Part shown: one piece after another, positions 10,545 to 19,217 of the stretch
How positions within the stretch are numbered: position 1 is the first letter of the stretch
Layout: every line of letters begins with the position of its first letter
DNA from: an uncultured virus (IMG/VR IMGVR_UViG_3300028903_000005)
Lineage: Duplodnaviria > Heunggongvirae > Uroviricota > Caudoviricetes
Strand: one strand, 5' to 3'
IMG/VR virus record: IMGVR_UViG_3300028903_000005
Length of the DNA: 20,000 nucleotides
Notes under the pieces: generated by a model
What the model was told of the DNA's origin: nothing
Seen by the model: only the letters and a program-made list of their open reading frames with translations
Database searches by the model: none
Made by a program: the position numbers and the translations under genes

Positions 10545-10840
10545 AATCCAAACCACCCAAGTATAGTTTCTATAATGCCTTTGTTATTTTTACTCACGGT
10601 GATCATTTCGACATAATTTTCATATCTCACCATATATGTATCATTGTCTGGAAAAGATAATAATAAATTCCCGTTTTGTGGAATATCTGATGTATATAAA
10701 TATGTTACATTGAAAGTAGAGGGCACGGATATGTATTGTTCTCCACCGTAAGTAATACTCACCAATTTATAATCTTCTGCTAACACGGGGGATATAACTA
10801 AACATGTTAGAAACATTAATATTAATATTTTTTCTTTCAT
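10541..10840 (-). CDS. Small secreted protein, 99 aa
   Basis: Signal peptide MKEKILILMFLTCLVISPVLA. AAGGTG RBS favours ATG 10840. TATA-like element at 10875-10889. Confidence 0.7.
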   Translation of the reverse strand: MKEKILILMFLTCLVISPVLAEDYKLVSITYGGEQYISVPSTFNVTYLYTSDIPQNGNLLLSFPDNDTYMVRYENYVEMITVSKNNKGIIETILGWFGL

Positions 10841-10897
10841 TTCAAACACCTTTATATATGATAATAGTTTTAAGTATTAAAAGGTTTTGGTTGTTTA

Positions 10898-11356
10898 TTA
10901 TACATTCTTAAACATTGACATTACTATACCAGTGATTGAAGCTAGCAAAGCCCCGAATGCAAGGGGCTGAATAACAACCGGCATTGTAATTCCAATCCCA
11001 TCGGAAAATAAGAATGCACCCGCGAGTAGGAGACCTGTGATAGATGCAAGTCTCAAGTTAGCATGTGATAGCCACATCCCGATGTAGATGAAGAAAAAAA
11101 TTAAAAATGAGGGAACAGATAAGCTGCCCATTGTTGTCCACGCATAGGGGGAAAGAGCGTTTTGTGGGAATGTTATAATAGAGAAGTTGGAGGAGGTAAG
11201 ATTATCAAAGGCTTTACCATACGTTGTAACTTCTAAAGGTGTAATCGTGGGTGTGGGAGTAATAGTTATATACGGAGGCGAATCTGCTTTCACCAACCCG
11301 ACAATACTACCAAGCGCGCATAATGTTGGAATTATTTTAGAGATAATAGTATCCAT
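10898..11356 (-). CDS. Membrane protein (signal peptide, Thr/Pro linker, three TM helices), 152 aa
   Basis: GGTGA RBS and hydropathy pattern. Confidence 0.8.
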   Translation of the reverse strand: MDTIISKIIPTLCALGSIVGLVKADSPPYITITPTPTITPLEVTTYGKAFDNLTSSNFSIITFPQNALSPYAWTTMGSLSVPSFLIFFFIYIGMWLSHANLRLASITGLLLAGAFLFSDGIGITMPVVIQPLAFGALLASITGIVMSMFKNV

Positions 11357-11360
11357 TATT

Positions 11361-11645
11361 TCACCACCCGCTGTCTGTATCGTATGAAGTTACTCGGCTG
11401 GCCTCGTGCCACAAGCGTACGATAATAAATATTTCACATAATATAATTAAAACCCATACTAAACTCATCATCCAGATTATAGAATCACCCGATAGTGCAT
11501 TCCACCAATAGGGGGGAGTCATGCTCTTAAACAAAGGAACCACCTTCGAAAACAACGTCCCAAATATAATAGTATAAATCCCCAATGCCAACGTAACTAC
11601 CAGCATCGAAATACCTGCTATTAACATCCTACCCGCCGATGCCAT
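11361..11645 (-). CDS. Small two-helix hydrophobic protein, 94 aa, candidate virion envelope/capsid protein
   Basis: GGGGTGA RBS, TAATG overlap with the upstream gene, two hydrophobic helices. Confidence 0.75.
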   Translation of the reverse strand: MASAGRMLIAGISMLVVTLALGIYTIIFGTLFSKVVPLFKSMTPPYWWNALSGDSIIWMMSLVWVLIILCEIFIIVRLWHEASRVTSYDTDSGW

Positions 11646-11812
11646 TAAATATTCACCCCTTTATTTTGTGGAAACATCACAGCAACCGAAACGACTACCA
11701 TAATGGCTCCCCCAACCCATGTTCCAACCAAAGTCCAATCTGTTGCATATATCATACCAACCGCGCATATTATAATTCCCATAATTAAAAATATCAAACC
11801 CATTGTATTCAT
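11645..11812 (-). CDS. 55-aa two-helix hydrophobic protein missing from the ORF track (MNTMGLIFLIMGIIICAVGMIYATDWTLVGTWVGGAIMVVVSVAVMFPQNKGVNI)
   Basis: Translated by hand. ATGA overlap at its start and TAATG overlap at its stop fill the gap exactly. Confidence 0.8.
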   Translation of the reverse strand: MNTMGLIFLIMGIIICAVGMIYATDWTLVGTWVGGAIMVVVSVAVMFPQNKGVNI

Positions 11813-12066
11813 GTCTGTCGGCTCCTATCTCTTTTTGATTCGACAATCAAATTATACCCAGATGCTATCAGGAATAATATTCCCAACACATAAAAACACA
11901 TCGTCAATAAATGAAATGTGTTCATGGAATCCTGCGTAGTTAGACCCAACGAATTTAAATTATTCATTGTGGCTCCAAGCATATCCCACGCCTTTCCTAT
12001 TGCTATACATATTACCCCCCACGCAAAAAGATTAATGATAAAACCTTGCATTGCACCAGCCGACAT
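11809..12066 (-). CDS. Small two-helix hydrophobic protein, 85 aa, candidate virion envelope/capsid protein
   Basis: ATG 12066 lies 2 nt after the upstream stop, with a GGAGG RBS. Two hydrophobic helices. Confidence 0.75.
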   Translation of the reverse strand: MSAGAMQGFIINLFAWGVICIAIGKAWDMLGATMNNLNSLGLTTQDSMNTFHLLTMCFYVLGILFLIASGYNLIVESKRDRSRQT

Positions 12067-12068
12067 GA

Positions 12069-12959
12069 TTAAAGCCTCCCATCGCCCGGCATCGGTTTCC
12101 AAACATATCTATATAATGCTAATATATAAATAACCCATATTCCAACTTGTAACATTGCAACTAACGTCATCGCTTGCATGGAATCTTTGATCCACGGGTA
12201 TGTTTGTAAAAGCACTGTGGCAAAGAACGCTACCGAAACCAACAAATTGACAATTAGTACCAGTAGGTTCCAACCCATCGATACAACAGTTGATAAGATA
12301 TTAAACGACTGCCCCAGAATATTTTCGGTTCCGCTAGTGGTTTTAATGTTCGTCAACATCAAGTTCCCGTTGATAGCACAATTTTCATAAGTGACGGAGC
12401 CACTTGCACATTCTTGTGGAGTTGCAATGGTTGCACCGGGTTCCGTAAATATACCCGTCCCGTTGATCAACCCAATCGATGACTGCATGAGTAGAATAAA
12501 TACCAATATATTAATTAATGGATCTCCGGCTCCATTTATTCCGAATTGCATCCGTTTCTTTTCGGTCATATAAAGTATAACTGCAAGCACGGCGCACATT
12601 ATAATCAACCCCCATTCCCCGCCGGGATTATTTGGGGTTGTAAACCATTTCACCCAAGCGCAAAATGCGGATATCCCCACACCAATAATACAGAATTGTG
12701 CCGAAGAAGGTTCGTCTGCTACCCACGCTAACCACATTACAAGTGCTATAGAAATGATATTATAGTAAAACGCTGCTTGTGTTGCTGTAACGCCGGGAAT
12801 ATTTTGGATACCCAAATCGATTAAATATCCACCGGCCCCAGACATTGATGCAGCAGCACCAGCAAAAACCTGACTGACACTTGTTGCAGACACCGAAGCC
12901 ACAAGCAACGAAAATGATGACATTAATAATGCCAATCGCCTTTTCAAAGACATCATCAT
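12069..12959 (-). CDS. Polytopic membrane protein with signal peptide, about 296 aa
   Basis: ATGA overlap with the adhesin stop, N-terminal signal peptide, about six hydrophobic segments. Confidence 0.85.
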   Translation of the reverse strand: MMMSLKRRLALLMSSFSLLVASVSATSVSQVFAGAAASMSGAGGYLIDLGIQNIPGVTATQAAFYYNIISIALVMWLAWVADEPSSAQFCIIGVGISAFCAWVKWFTTPNNPGGEWGLIIMCAVLAVILYMTEKKRMQFGINGAGDPLINILVFILLMQSSIGLINGTGIFTEPGATIATPQECASGSVTYENCAINGNLMLTNIKTTSGTENILGQSFNILSTVVSMGWNLLVLIVNLLVSVAFFATVLLQTYPWIKDSMQAMTLVAMLQVGIWVIYILALYRYVWKPMPGDGRL

Positions 12960-15900
12960 ACATCCCTCGTGTAGTTGCCCCATACTAAATAATTCTTACC
13001 CCTTACATTTGGAACCGTATAATTCAATTGATAAATATTTCCAGCAACGGGCGAAGTAACATTTGTTATATATACCATCGTATCTAAATCAACATCCTTC
13101 AAATAGAAATCCACCCGTGTTGTCAAGCTCGTCATATCTTGGAATGACCACCAGAATGTAACATTAGATGGATCTGGTTCCGTGGCCCAAACTTTCGTAT
13201 TACCATTTGCATACAAATCATCCCATATATTATCTGTGGCAACAGTGGTTAAAAATCTGAATTGATATTGTGAATCCTGTGGATATATCGAATAATAATT
13301 TGTTTCCCCATTATATGTTATAGCAATATCATATTTTAAAGCACTGAGCATCGTAAATACTATAGATCCCTGATAATCCGTAGAACCAGACATCAACAAT
13401 GTTCCATTCAACGCCTCATTCGCTACATTTACATTCATTCCATAATTGCTAATTAAATCAGATACCCCGTTTGGCAACGTGGTTTCATTAAAACGAGCAT
13501 TAACAGAAGCGCCTCTCACTTGATTTCCATATGCATCTACAAACGAAATCACAATTGTTTTGGGAGTATACCACGTGGTGGAAACAGATGATGCAACTTG
13601 TGTTAAATAAATCGTTTGTATTAAATCTCCACTTATAAGATATGTAGCACGATTGTTATAATAATCGGTAGCGTTTGCTGTAAATGTATGCTGACCCGTA
13701 GAATATGAACCCGAAAATATACCATTTCCGTAGGAAGTGAGTTCGTTCCCCATCTCATCTGATACAGCGGCATGTGTAATTAAATTACCACTCGTGGCAT
13801 CTTTAATATACAATGTCACTATATTATTTGTATTTGTTAAAATTACATCTTGTCGCCCATTAGCAGCCACCCCACCGACACTTATATATGCACTTCTCAA
13901 TTTTGAACTTTCTCCGTAATCAGTAGTTGTTGTAAAGTTAACACTGTATGTTCCAGCATTCGAATAAGTATGAGAGGGATTTTGTGATGTAGAAGTAAGA
14001 CCGTCTCCGAATGTCCAGTACCACGACGATGGGGTTGCATTAATATATGTGGATGTATCAGTAAATTGAACATATAGTGGATAATCACCCGCTGTAACAT
14101 TGGCGGTAAAATTAGCAGTAACCGATCCGCCTAAAACGGTAACAGCCGATGTTGTATTTGCCCACGAAATAATTGATCCGTTCATTATTCTATGATTAAC
14201 ATCAAATGTGCCGATGGTTGTATATGTGTGGGTAGTATTTTTATCCGTTGATGTTGCACCATCTCCAAATTCCCAATAATAACTATCTGGGAGAAGCCCC
14301 GAATATGTTTCATTGAAAGTTACTAATAATGGGGCTACACCAGATGATGGCGATAATGTTGTAACAACGGTTGCTGCACCTTCAATCAACCACACGTTCA
14401 TCTGTAAACTTGGATCTAAACTGGATGAATTTGCCTGACCATTGCTGCTGAACAGGTAAGTGTTGGTGCCGGGAACTATGGTTTGGGTGATGCCATTGAG
14501 AGATGTGGTGTTGAGGGTGGCATTGATTGATAGGTATTGGAACTCTACGTTGTTTATAGCACTGGTTGAATATGTCTGGATATAAAATGTTGCGGAATTT
14601 GGAGTGAACGACCCTGTTAATGGTTTCCATCCCGCTCCTGTAGTCGTTCCTCTGACAAACTCAGTCCACGTCACACCATCCAAACTCCAATTATAGATGC
14701 GTGGTTGCGAATCTCCCCAATAATTTGTAGACAAATATACCTGTTCTGCCGGTAACATTGTGTTTACTTTAATTACTATTGGCTTGTTCGTAGCAAGATG
14801 CGAACCCAGGCCACCCCAACCTGCGATTATAAACGGATTTGTATACCCCGCTCTTGTGGATTGTGTTGTTGAATATACAGCGGGTGCAAACGCCAATCCC
14901 CCGGCAGTTGTTGAAACATCGGATGACCAGTTATAATACCCCTTGTCCAGATCCACTATCGCCCCACTCAATAACCCTGTTGCATCATTCGTACTTATAT
15001 TTAGGTTTACACCATTGACGGTGATGGAGGCAGATTCGGTGGATTTTGCGAAGTACTGGATATATGATGCGGTATCCATATCATTAGACGTTCCTGCCTT
15101 CAGAGTTGGTGTGCCTGTTGTGGTGCTGGAAATAACGTGGAAGTGATAATTCCCAGAGGTCCATAGTGCTGGTACTTGGATTGTATTAACCCCCGTTACC
15201 GGAGTGAACGTATTTGATGACACGGTATTATTTGATGCGTCGTGAACCAACATTGTCCATGTTGCAGCAGTACCAGTCGCCACGCAATAAATTGAGATAT
15301 TTGTTATGTGGTTTTTTGTCGGTGTGAATGCTTGCCATCCGGTTGCAGTCTCACTAACGGTTGTACCAAGCGCATAGGTATTTGTAGCAGCCCATCCTGA
15401 ATCGAGAAACTGATCAATATTATCGGTACTCGTTACACCCTGCACAACCGGCTTGACTATCTTGGCTGTTAATTGTGTATCGGTAACGACTTCTTCAAGG
15501 GTGATGTCGTCAAACCAAACACTCCCGGATTCTTTGGTGACCCCCAAATTATCAACCCAATATACGGCAGTACTCCCTGTAGTAAACGTAGAATTGTAGG
15601 GAGTCCAATCCCGTGTCCCGGTTAACCCACTAAAAATGGTAATTTCTGATAATACAGTGTTTGAGGAATCCATTACTAGCCCAAGAATTGTAGCCCCTCC
15701 CCCATATGTATTCGATACGCTATCTGTTTTTACCCAAGCACTATATTTATATACAGTACTGGGTTTTAGTGGAACAATATGAGATTTCCATGTTGGAATG
15801 CTCCAACCTGGATTATTTTCAGAAATGTATCCATAAGCACCCGAATTCGCGGTAGGTATATAAAATTTCATAGATTTTGTACCAGTGTGGGATTGATTGG

Positions 15901-16126
15901 CATCATATAATATCTCACCGACAAATCCATGTAGATCGTACCACCCGTAATTTTCAGAGCCGACCCACCCACTCGCAGTAGCAGTTCCCGTCCCCGTTTC
16001 AAACCCCCCGTTAAATACCCCGCCTTTTGAGGCGGTATAATTGAGTTGGGTGGATGCCTGTACTCCGCCAACGCACAGCCCGAGAAGGAGCAGCGTGATA
16101 AAGATTCGTTTGTAAGTCTGTTTCAT
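12956..16126 (-). CDS. Secreted adhesin/receptor-binding glycoprotein: CBM4/9-like domain, beta-rich region, two PKD domains, C-terminal beta domains, about 1056 aa
   Basis: GAGGTGG RBS before MKQTYKR and a Sec signal. 'NGGFETG...WFDDITLEE' carbohydrate-binding pattern. Two PKD signatures (WEFGDG, WTFGDG...HTY...G-x-Y/F-x-V). Many N-x-S/T sequons. Confidence 0.85.
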   Translation of the reverse strand: MKQTYKRIFITLLLLGLCVGGVQASTQLNYTASKGGVFNGGFETGTGTATASGWVGSENYGWYDLHGFVGEILYDANQSHTGTKSMKFYIPTANSGAYGYISENNPGWSIPTWKSHIVPLKPSTVYKYSAWVKTDSVSNTYGGGATILGLVMDSSNTVLSEITIFSGLTGTRDWTPYNSTFTTGSTAVYWVDNLGVTKESGSVWFDDITLEEVVTDTQLTAKIVKPVVQGVTSTDNIDQFLDSGWAATNTYALGTTVSETATGWQAFTPTKNHITNISIYCVATGTAATWTMLVHDASNNTVSSNTFTPVTGVNTIQVPALWTSGNYHFHVISSTTTGTPTLKAGTSNDMDTASYIQYFAKSTESASITVNGVNLNISTNDATGLLSGAIVDLDKGYYNWSSDVSTTAGGLAFAPAVYSTTQSTRAGYTNPFIIAGWGGLGSHLATNKPIVIKVNTMLPAEQVYLSTNYWGDSQPRIYNWSLDGVTWTEFVRGTTTGAGWKPLTGSFTPNSATFYIQTYSTSAINNVEFQYLSINATLNTTSLNGITQTIVPGTNTYLFSSNGQANSSSLDPSLQMNVWLIEGAATVVTTLSPSSGVAPLLVTFNETYSGLLPDSYYWEFGDGATSTDKNTTHTYTTIGTFDVNHRIMNGSIISWANTTSAVTVLGGSVTANFTANVTAGDYPLYVQFTDTSTYINATPSSWYWTFGDGLTSTSQNPSHTYSNAGTYSVNFTTTTDYGESSKLRSAYISVGGVAANGRQDVILTNTNNIVTLYIKDATSGNLITHAAVSDEMGNELTSYGNGIFSGSYSTGQHTFTANATDYYNNRATYLISGDLIQTIYLTQVASSVSTTWYTPKTIVISFVDAYGNQVRGASVNARFNETTLPNGVSDLISNYGMNVNVANEALNGTLLMSGSTDYQGSIVFTMLSALKYDIAITYNGETNYYSIYPQDSQYQFRFLTTVATDNIWDDLYANGNTKVWATEPDPSNVTFWWSFQDMTSLTTRVDFYLKDVDLDTMVYITNVTSPVAGNIYQLNYTVPNVRGKNYLVWGNYTRDV

Positions 16127-16152
16127 GCGGCCACCTCGTATGATCCCGATAT

Positions 16153-16242
16153 TCACAATTCAGCAGTATAACCAGACGGCAGAGTCCCGAACTGGCTGAA
16201 TTTAATCGTCGGAGTTGCCTCCGTATAATCAATATTATTCAT
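16153..16242 (-). CDS. Possible 29-aa microprotein (MNNIDYTEATPTIKFSQFGTLPSGYTAEL)
   Basis: ATG directly abuts the upstream TAG, with GGAGG upstream. Very short, so uncertain. Confidence 0.35.
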   Translation of the reverse strand: MNNIDYTEATPTIKFSQFGTLPSGYTAEL

Positions 16243-16425
16243 CTACCACACCCTCCCTCTGCGCGCCATGCGTTTTACAAACGCCTCGAATCCATAAACA
16301 CGACCGTCGGAAGCAATACGTATTTCACCAACCCTATCGAGATGTTCTAAAAAATCAATATCGAACATGGTTCTTATCATGTGCTTCTTTTTACCTTGTG
16401 TATTCTTTTTGGTCATAATCTTCAT
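16243..16425 (-). CDS. Hypothetical basic protein, 60 aa
   Basis: First ORF after the minus-strand TATA (ggaaaag-TATAAATA, 16445-16459). Confidence 0.5.
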   Translation of the reverse strand: MKIMTKKNTQGKKKHMIRTMFDIDFLEHLDRVGEIRIASDGRVYGFEAFVKRMARRGRVW

Positions 16426-16439
16426 TGTTCATAGATATT

Positions 16440-16510
16440 AATAGTATTTATACTTTTCCATAACACTTATATATGCGTATGAAAAAGCAACGCAAAGATT
16501 TATATATTAT
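16440..16510. promoter_or_regulatory. Divergent promoter region (minus TATA at 16445-16459; plus cgcaaaga-TTTATATA at 16491-16506)
   Basis: Two back-to-back BRE-TATA matches between divergent operons. Confidence 0.6.
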
Positions 16511-16529
16511 TACTACTACTATTATTAAT

Positions 16530-16685
16530 ATGAAGATACAACCCAACGAACAAACTCCAGAAGGGTATTATAGATGTGTTAAATGTAATTATATTTGGCG
16601 CGCGCGCATAAAACCTCCGGCACAACCGGTTTCATGTCCAGATTGTAAAAGCAGATCTTGGATGAATGTGGAGAAACAAGCATGA
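16530..16685 (+). CDS. Zinc-ribbon microprotein, 51 aa
   Basis: CVKC...W...P..CPDCKS..W motif. ATG 23 nt after the TATA box. Confidence 0.8.
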   Translation: MKIQPNEQTPEGYYRCVKCNYIWRARIKPPAQPVSCPDCKSRSWMNVEKQA

Positions 16686-16909
16686 CGCGCATCAAACTCT
16701 CACTTCGTCTCGGAACCGTTGGAGGTATTATTTGGGGTCTACTCTTCACTGCTTACTACTCTATGCTCCCATATCTTATGATATCGCAAGCAAAACGTTT
16801 TGAATTTGCATGGAAAAGTGCTTCAATTTGTTTTGCTGCACTCATCATATTAATTCTTGCATTACCATATGTCATTGAAGCATTTAAAAACGGAGCAAAA
16901 AAACAATGA
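16682..16909 (+). CDS. Two-TM membrane protein, 75 aa
   Basis: ATGA overlaps at both ends and two hydrophobic helices. Confidence 0.75.
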   Translation: MTRIKLSLRLGTVGGIIWGLLFTAYYSMLPYLMISQAKRFEFAWKSASICFAALIILILALPYVIEAFKNGAKKQ

Positions 16910-18513
16910 AATCATTATTTGTCGTTTTAATATTAATGGTATTTATTATTCCGGTTGCGGCAAATAATATCACGGTAGTTACACCTTATACAACCGTTAC
17001 ACCAATAGAAACCGGTTATATCCCTACACCCACACCCATTCCAACACCAACCCCCACTCCGACCGTTACCCCCAATCCTTACATTTCACAAGGTGCTTCC
17101 ATTTATGTGAATGACACGATTGATATTTCCGGTGTTGTTCCCCCATACCCCAAACTCGCATATTGGAATGGTTATGATTCCTATGATTCAAATGCTTCAT
17201 ATATTATAGATTTGCCACCATATAAATCGGCCTACTATAATTTTTATATCGACCCATCAATATTTGAAACACGAACCGGAAAGTGGTATAAATATAATGA
17301 TAAATTCGAATGGCACGCAAACACTTTGGCATTTGTAGTATATCCCCAATCCTACAAAAACACAACGATGCGTTATCAGAACGGGACACTTGTAAATATT
17401 TCTGAAATAATTTCACATAAATATAGTGAATTGGAAATCCCAATACAACCCCCCGTTGAAATAAAACATGTTTCGGATTACTTATTGGCGCGCGGAGATC
17501 CTTTAACAGTCAAAACTAATGAAACAACAAACATATGGTTATTCGGGCGAATCAACAAACTTCTTGATTTCACATCTACCAATGCAACACATGTGGATTT
17601 ATCAAACGATGTATTATCTGGATTTGAACCGGGATTGTATACTGTGAAAATGCAAACACTTGGTAACACCAGTAATAGTTTCACAGTGAAATACGATACA
17701 GAATCAGAAAAAATTAAATGGTTTGATTCAAATTCATTTTCAATTAAAGAAATAAATGCATTCGGATTATCCCCGCGTGTATTGGAAGAAAAATTTAATG
17801 AGGTTTTACCATCCACACTTGATGTATTTAAAACATATTCTATGGAATTGCAAGAACCATCTATTGAAATTACTAGCATCAGAGAAATAAACACATTTAA
17901 TTATACTGTAAATTATGCGGGTGTTACCGAATATAATACAAACATCAGTTATATTCAAGTCAAAGGTTATACTAATGTCGCCATTGGTTCTATATTAAAA
18001 TTTGTAGTTGATGAAAAACAACAAACACCAAGGACATTAAAATCTCATACAACAACTGCCGTTGCAGGAGGAACCAATAATCCCGGAGATATGAGATGGT
18101 TTGATGTTGTCATTCCTATTGCAAAATATAATTTGGCATTGGGTGATCATACAGTATCAGCGTATACAAATTATTCAACAAGTGGATCAACATATACATT
18201 TATCATTTATGACACTCCTCCAAATTCATATGTTCCACCAAAAACGATTCGTTATATATCTGGAAGATATGGGGCAGAAGAATTTGTTCCAACACCAACA
18301 CCGGTGGTTGAAACTGTAACACAGGTTGTGACCGTGCCGGTAACCGTGATGGTTCCGGTCACACCATCAAATGAACAGGTTAGAGCACAGCAAAAAATTA
18401 TTGCTGATGAGAATTTAAAAATATGGAGCACTAGAATAATTATAGGTATTATAACTATAATGGGTGTTTGGTATATAGTATCATTATATTTAAGGAGGAA
18501 AGAACTTGAATAA
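16906..18513 (+). CDS. DUF3821/Methanomicrobiales S-layer-like cell-surface glycoprotein with C-terminal TM anchor, 535 aa
   Basis: Sec signal, PT-rich linkers, 'ISQGASIYVNDTIDISG' (DUF3821-like start), Ig-like 'VKGYTNVAIGSIL...WFDVVIP...GDHTVSA', C-terminal TM helix followed by RRK. Confidence 0.7.
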   Translation: MKSLFVVLILMVFIIPVAANNITVVTPYTTVTPIETGYIPTPTPIPTPTPTPTVTPNPYISQGASIYVNDTIDISGVVPPYPKLAYWNGYDSYDSNASYIIDLPPYKSAYYNFYIDPSIFETRTGKWYKYNDKFEWHANTLAFVVYPQSYKNTTMRYQNGTLVNISEIISHKYSELEIPIQPPVEIKHVSDYLLARGDPLTVKTNETTNIWLFGRINKLLDFTSTNATHVDLSNDVLSGFEPGLYTVKMQTLGNTSNSFTVKYDTESEKIKWFDSNSFSIKEINAFGLSPRVLEEKFNEVLPSTLDVFKTYSMELQEPSIEITSIREINTFNYTVNYAGVTEYNTNISYIQVKGYTNVAIGSILKFVVDEKQQTPRTLKSHTTTAVAGGTNNPGDMRWFDVVIPIAKYNLALGDHTVSAYTNYSTSGSTYTFIIYDTPPNSYVPPKTIRYISGRYGAEEFVPTPTPVVETVTQVVTVPVTVMVPVTPSNEQVRAQQKIIADENLKIWSTRIIIGIITIMGVWYIVSLYLRRKELE

Positions 18514-18709
18514 TAACAAATTTTTTGATCTATATACGATTGGGAGTTTTATATCGATATTTGGATCTTCGATGTTGTTATTTACCGGATTATTATTTAC
18601 ATATATAGACAACAGATATATACCACTATCCCCATTATTTATCGTTCCCACACTAATTACAATTATCGGTATTATCATAATGTATATGAGTGGTAAATAT
18701 TATGATTGA
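18506..18709 (+). CDS. Two-TM membrane protein, 67 aa
   Basis: AGGAGG RBS before a TTG start. Overlaps both neighbours. Confidence 0.7.
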   Translation: MNNNKFFDLYTIGSFISIFGSSMLLFTGLLFTYIDNRYIPLSPLFIVPTLITIIGIIIMYMSGKYYD

Positions 18710-19217
18710 TCACGTCCATGCTGCTGCATACGTTGGTGTCATTTCAACACTGATTTATTTAATTCCCCTTTGTTATTGGGATATTAAATACCGGGCGATT
18801 CCCAAATGGTCGCTTACCCCACTAATAATCATCAATGTTCCATGTCTGGCAATTCTATACACAAATGGGTTGCCTCTTGGTTATATAGCATTATCCGGTT
18901 TATTAACCCTATTGTTCATATGCTTATTTGCTGTGAAATGCTATAGCGGAGCAGACGCGCGGTTCCTGATATTAATATCGTGGTTCTGCGTACTCAATCC
19001 AATTAACCCACTAGATAGCACAAATATATTTCAATTGATGTTTGCAATATTTTTGGCAACAACATCCGTGTTATGGATGATTTATGTTTATTTCTATAAC
19101 CGGAGGGTTGGAAATAAAGGGTTGTCACTATGGCAGAAATTTAACAACTATCCACGCGGGTCGCCATGGATGATTCCAATCACCTGTGCGTTTATTTTAA
19201 CGGTGGTGTTTGCATAA
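18702..19217 (+). CDS. A24-family (prepilin/preflagellin-type) aspartic peptidase, 171 aa
   Basis: Polytopic, with catalytic-type motifs WDIKYRAIP and SGAD (GxxD) and a C-terminal 'PWMIPIT' as in PibD/FlaK-like proteins. Confidence 0.8.
   Translation: MIDHVHAAAYVGVISTLIYLIPLCYWDIKYRAIPKWSLTPLIIINVPCLAILYTNGLPLGYIALSGLLTLLFICLFAVKCYSGADARFLILISWFCVLNPINPLDSTNIFQLMFAIFLATTSVLWMIYVYFYNRRVGNKGLSLWQKFNNYPRGSPWMIPITCAFILTVVFA

Noticed and set aside
11661..11846. 61-aa minus-strand ORF in the track
   Set aside because: The alternative frame 11645..11812 overlaps both neighbours exactly and gives a coherent two-helix protein.
16020..16035. Hairpin ccgcct-tttg-aggcgg
   Set aside because: Short stem inside the adhesin coding sequence with no U-tract, plausibly chance.
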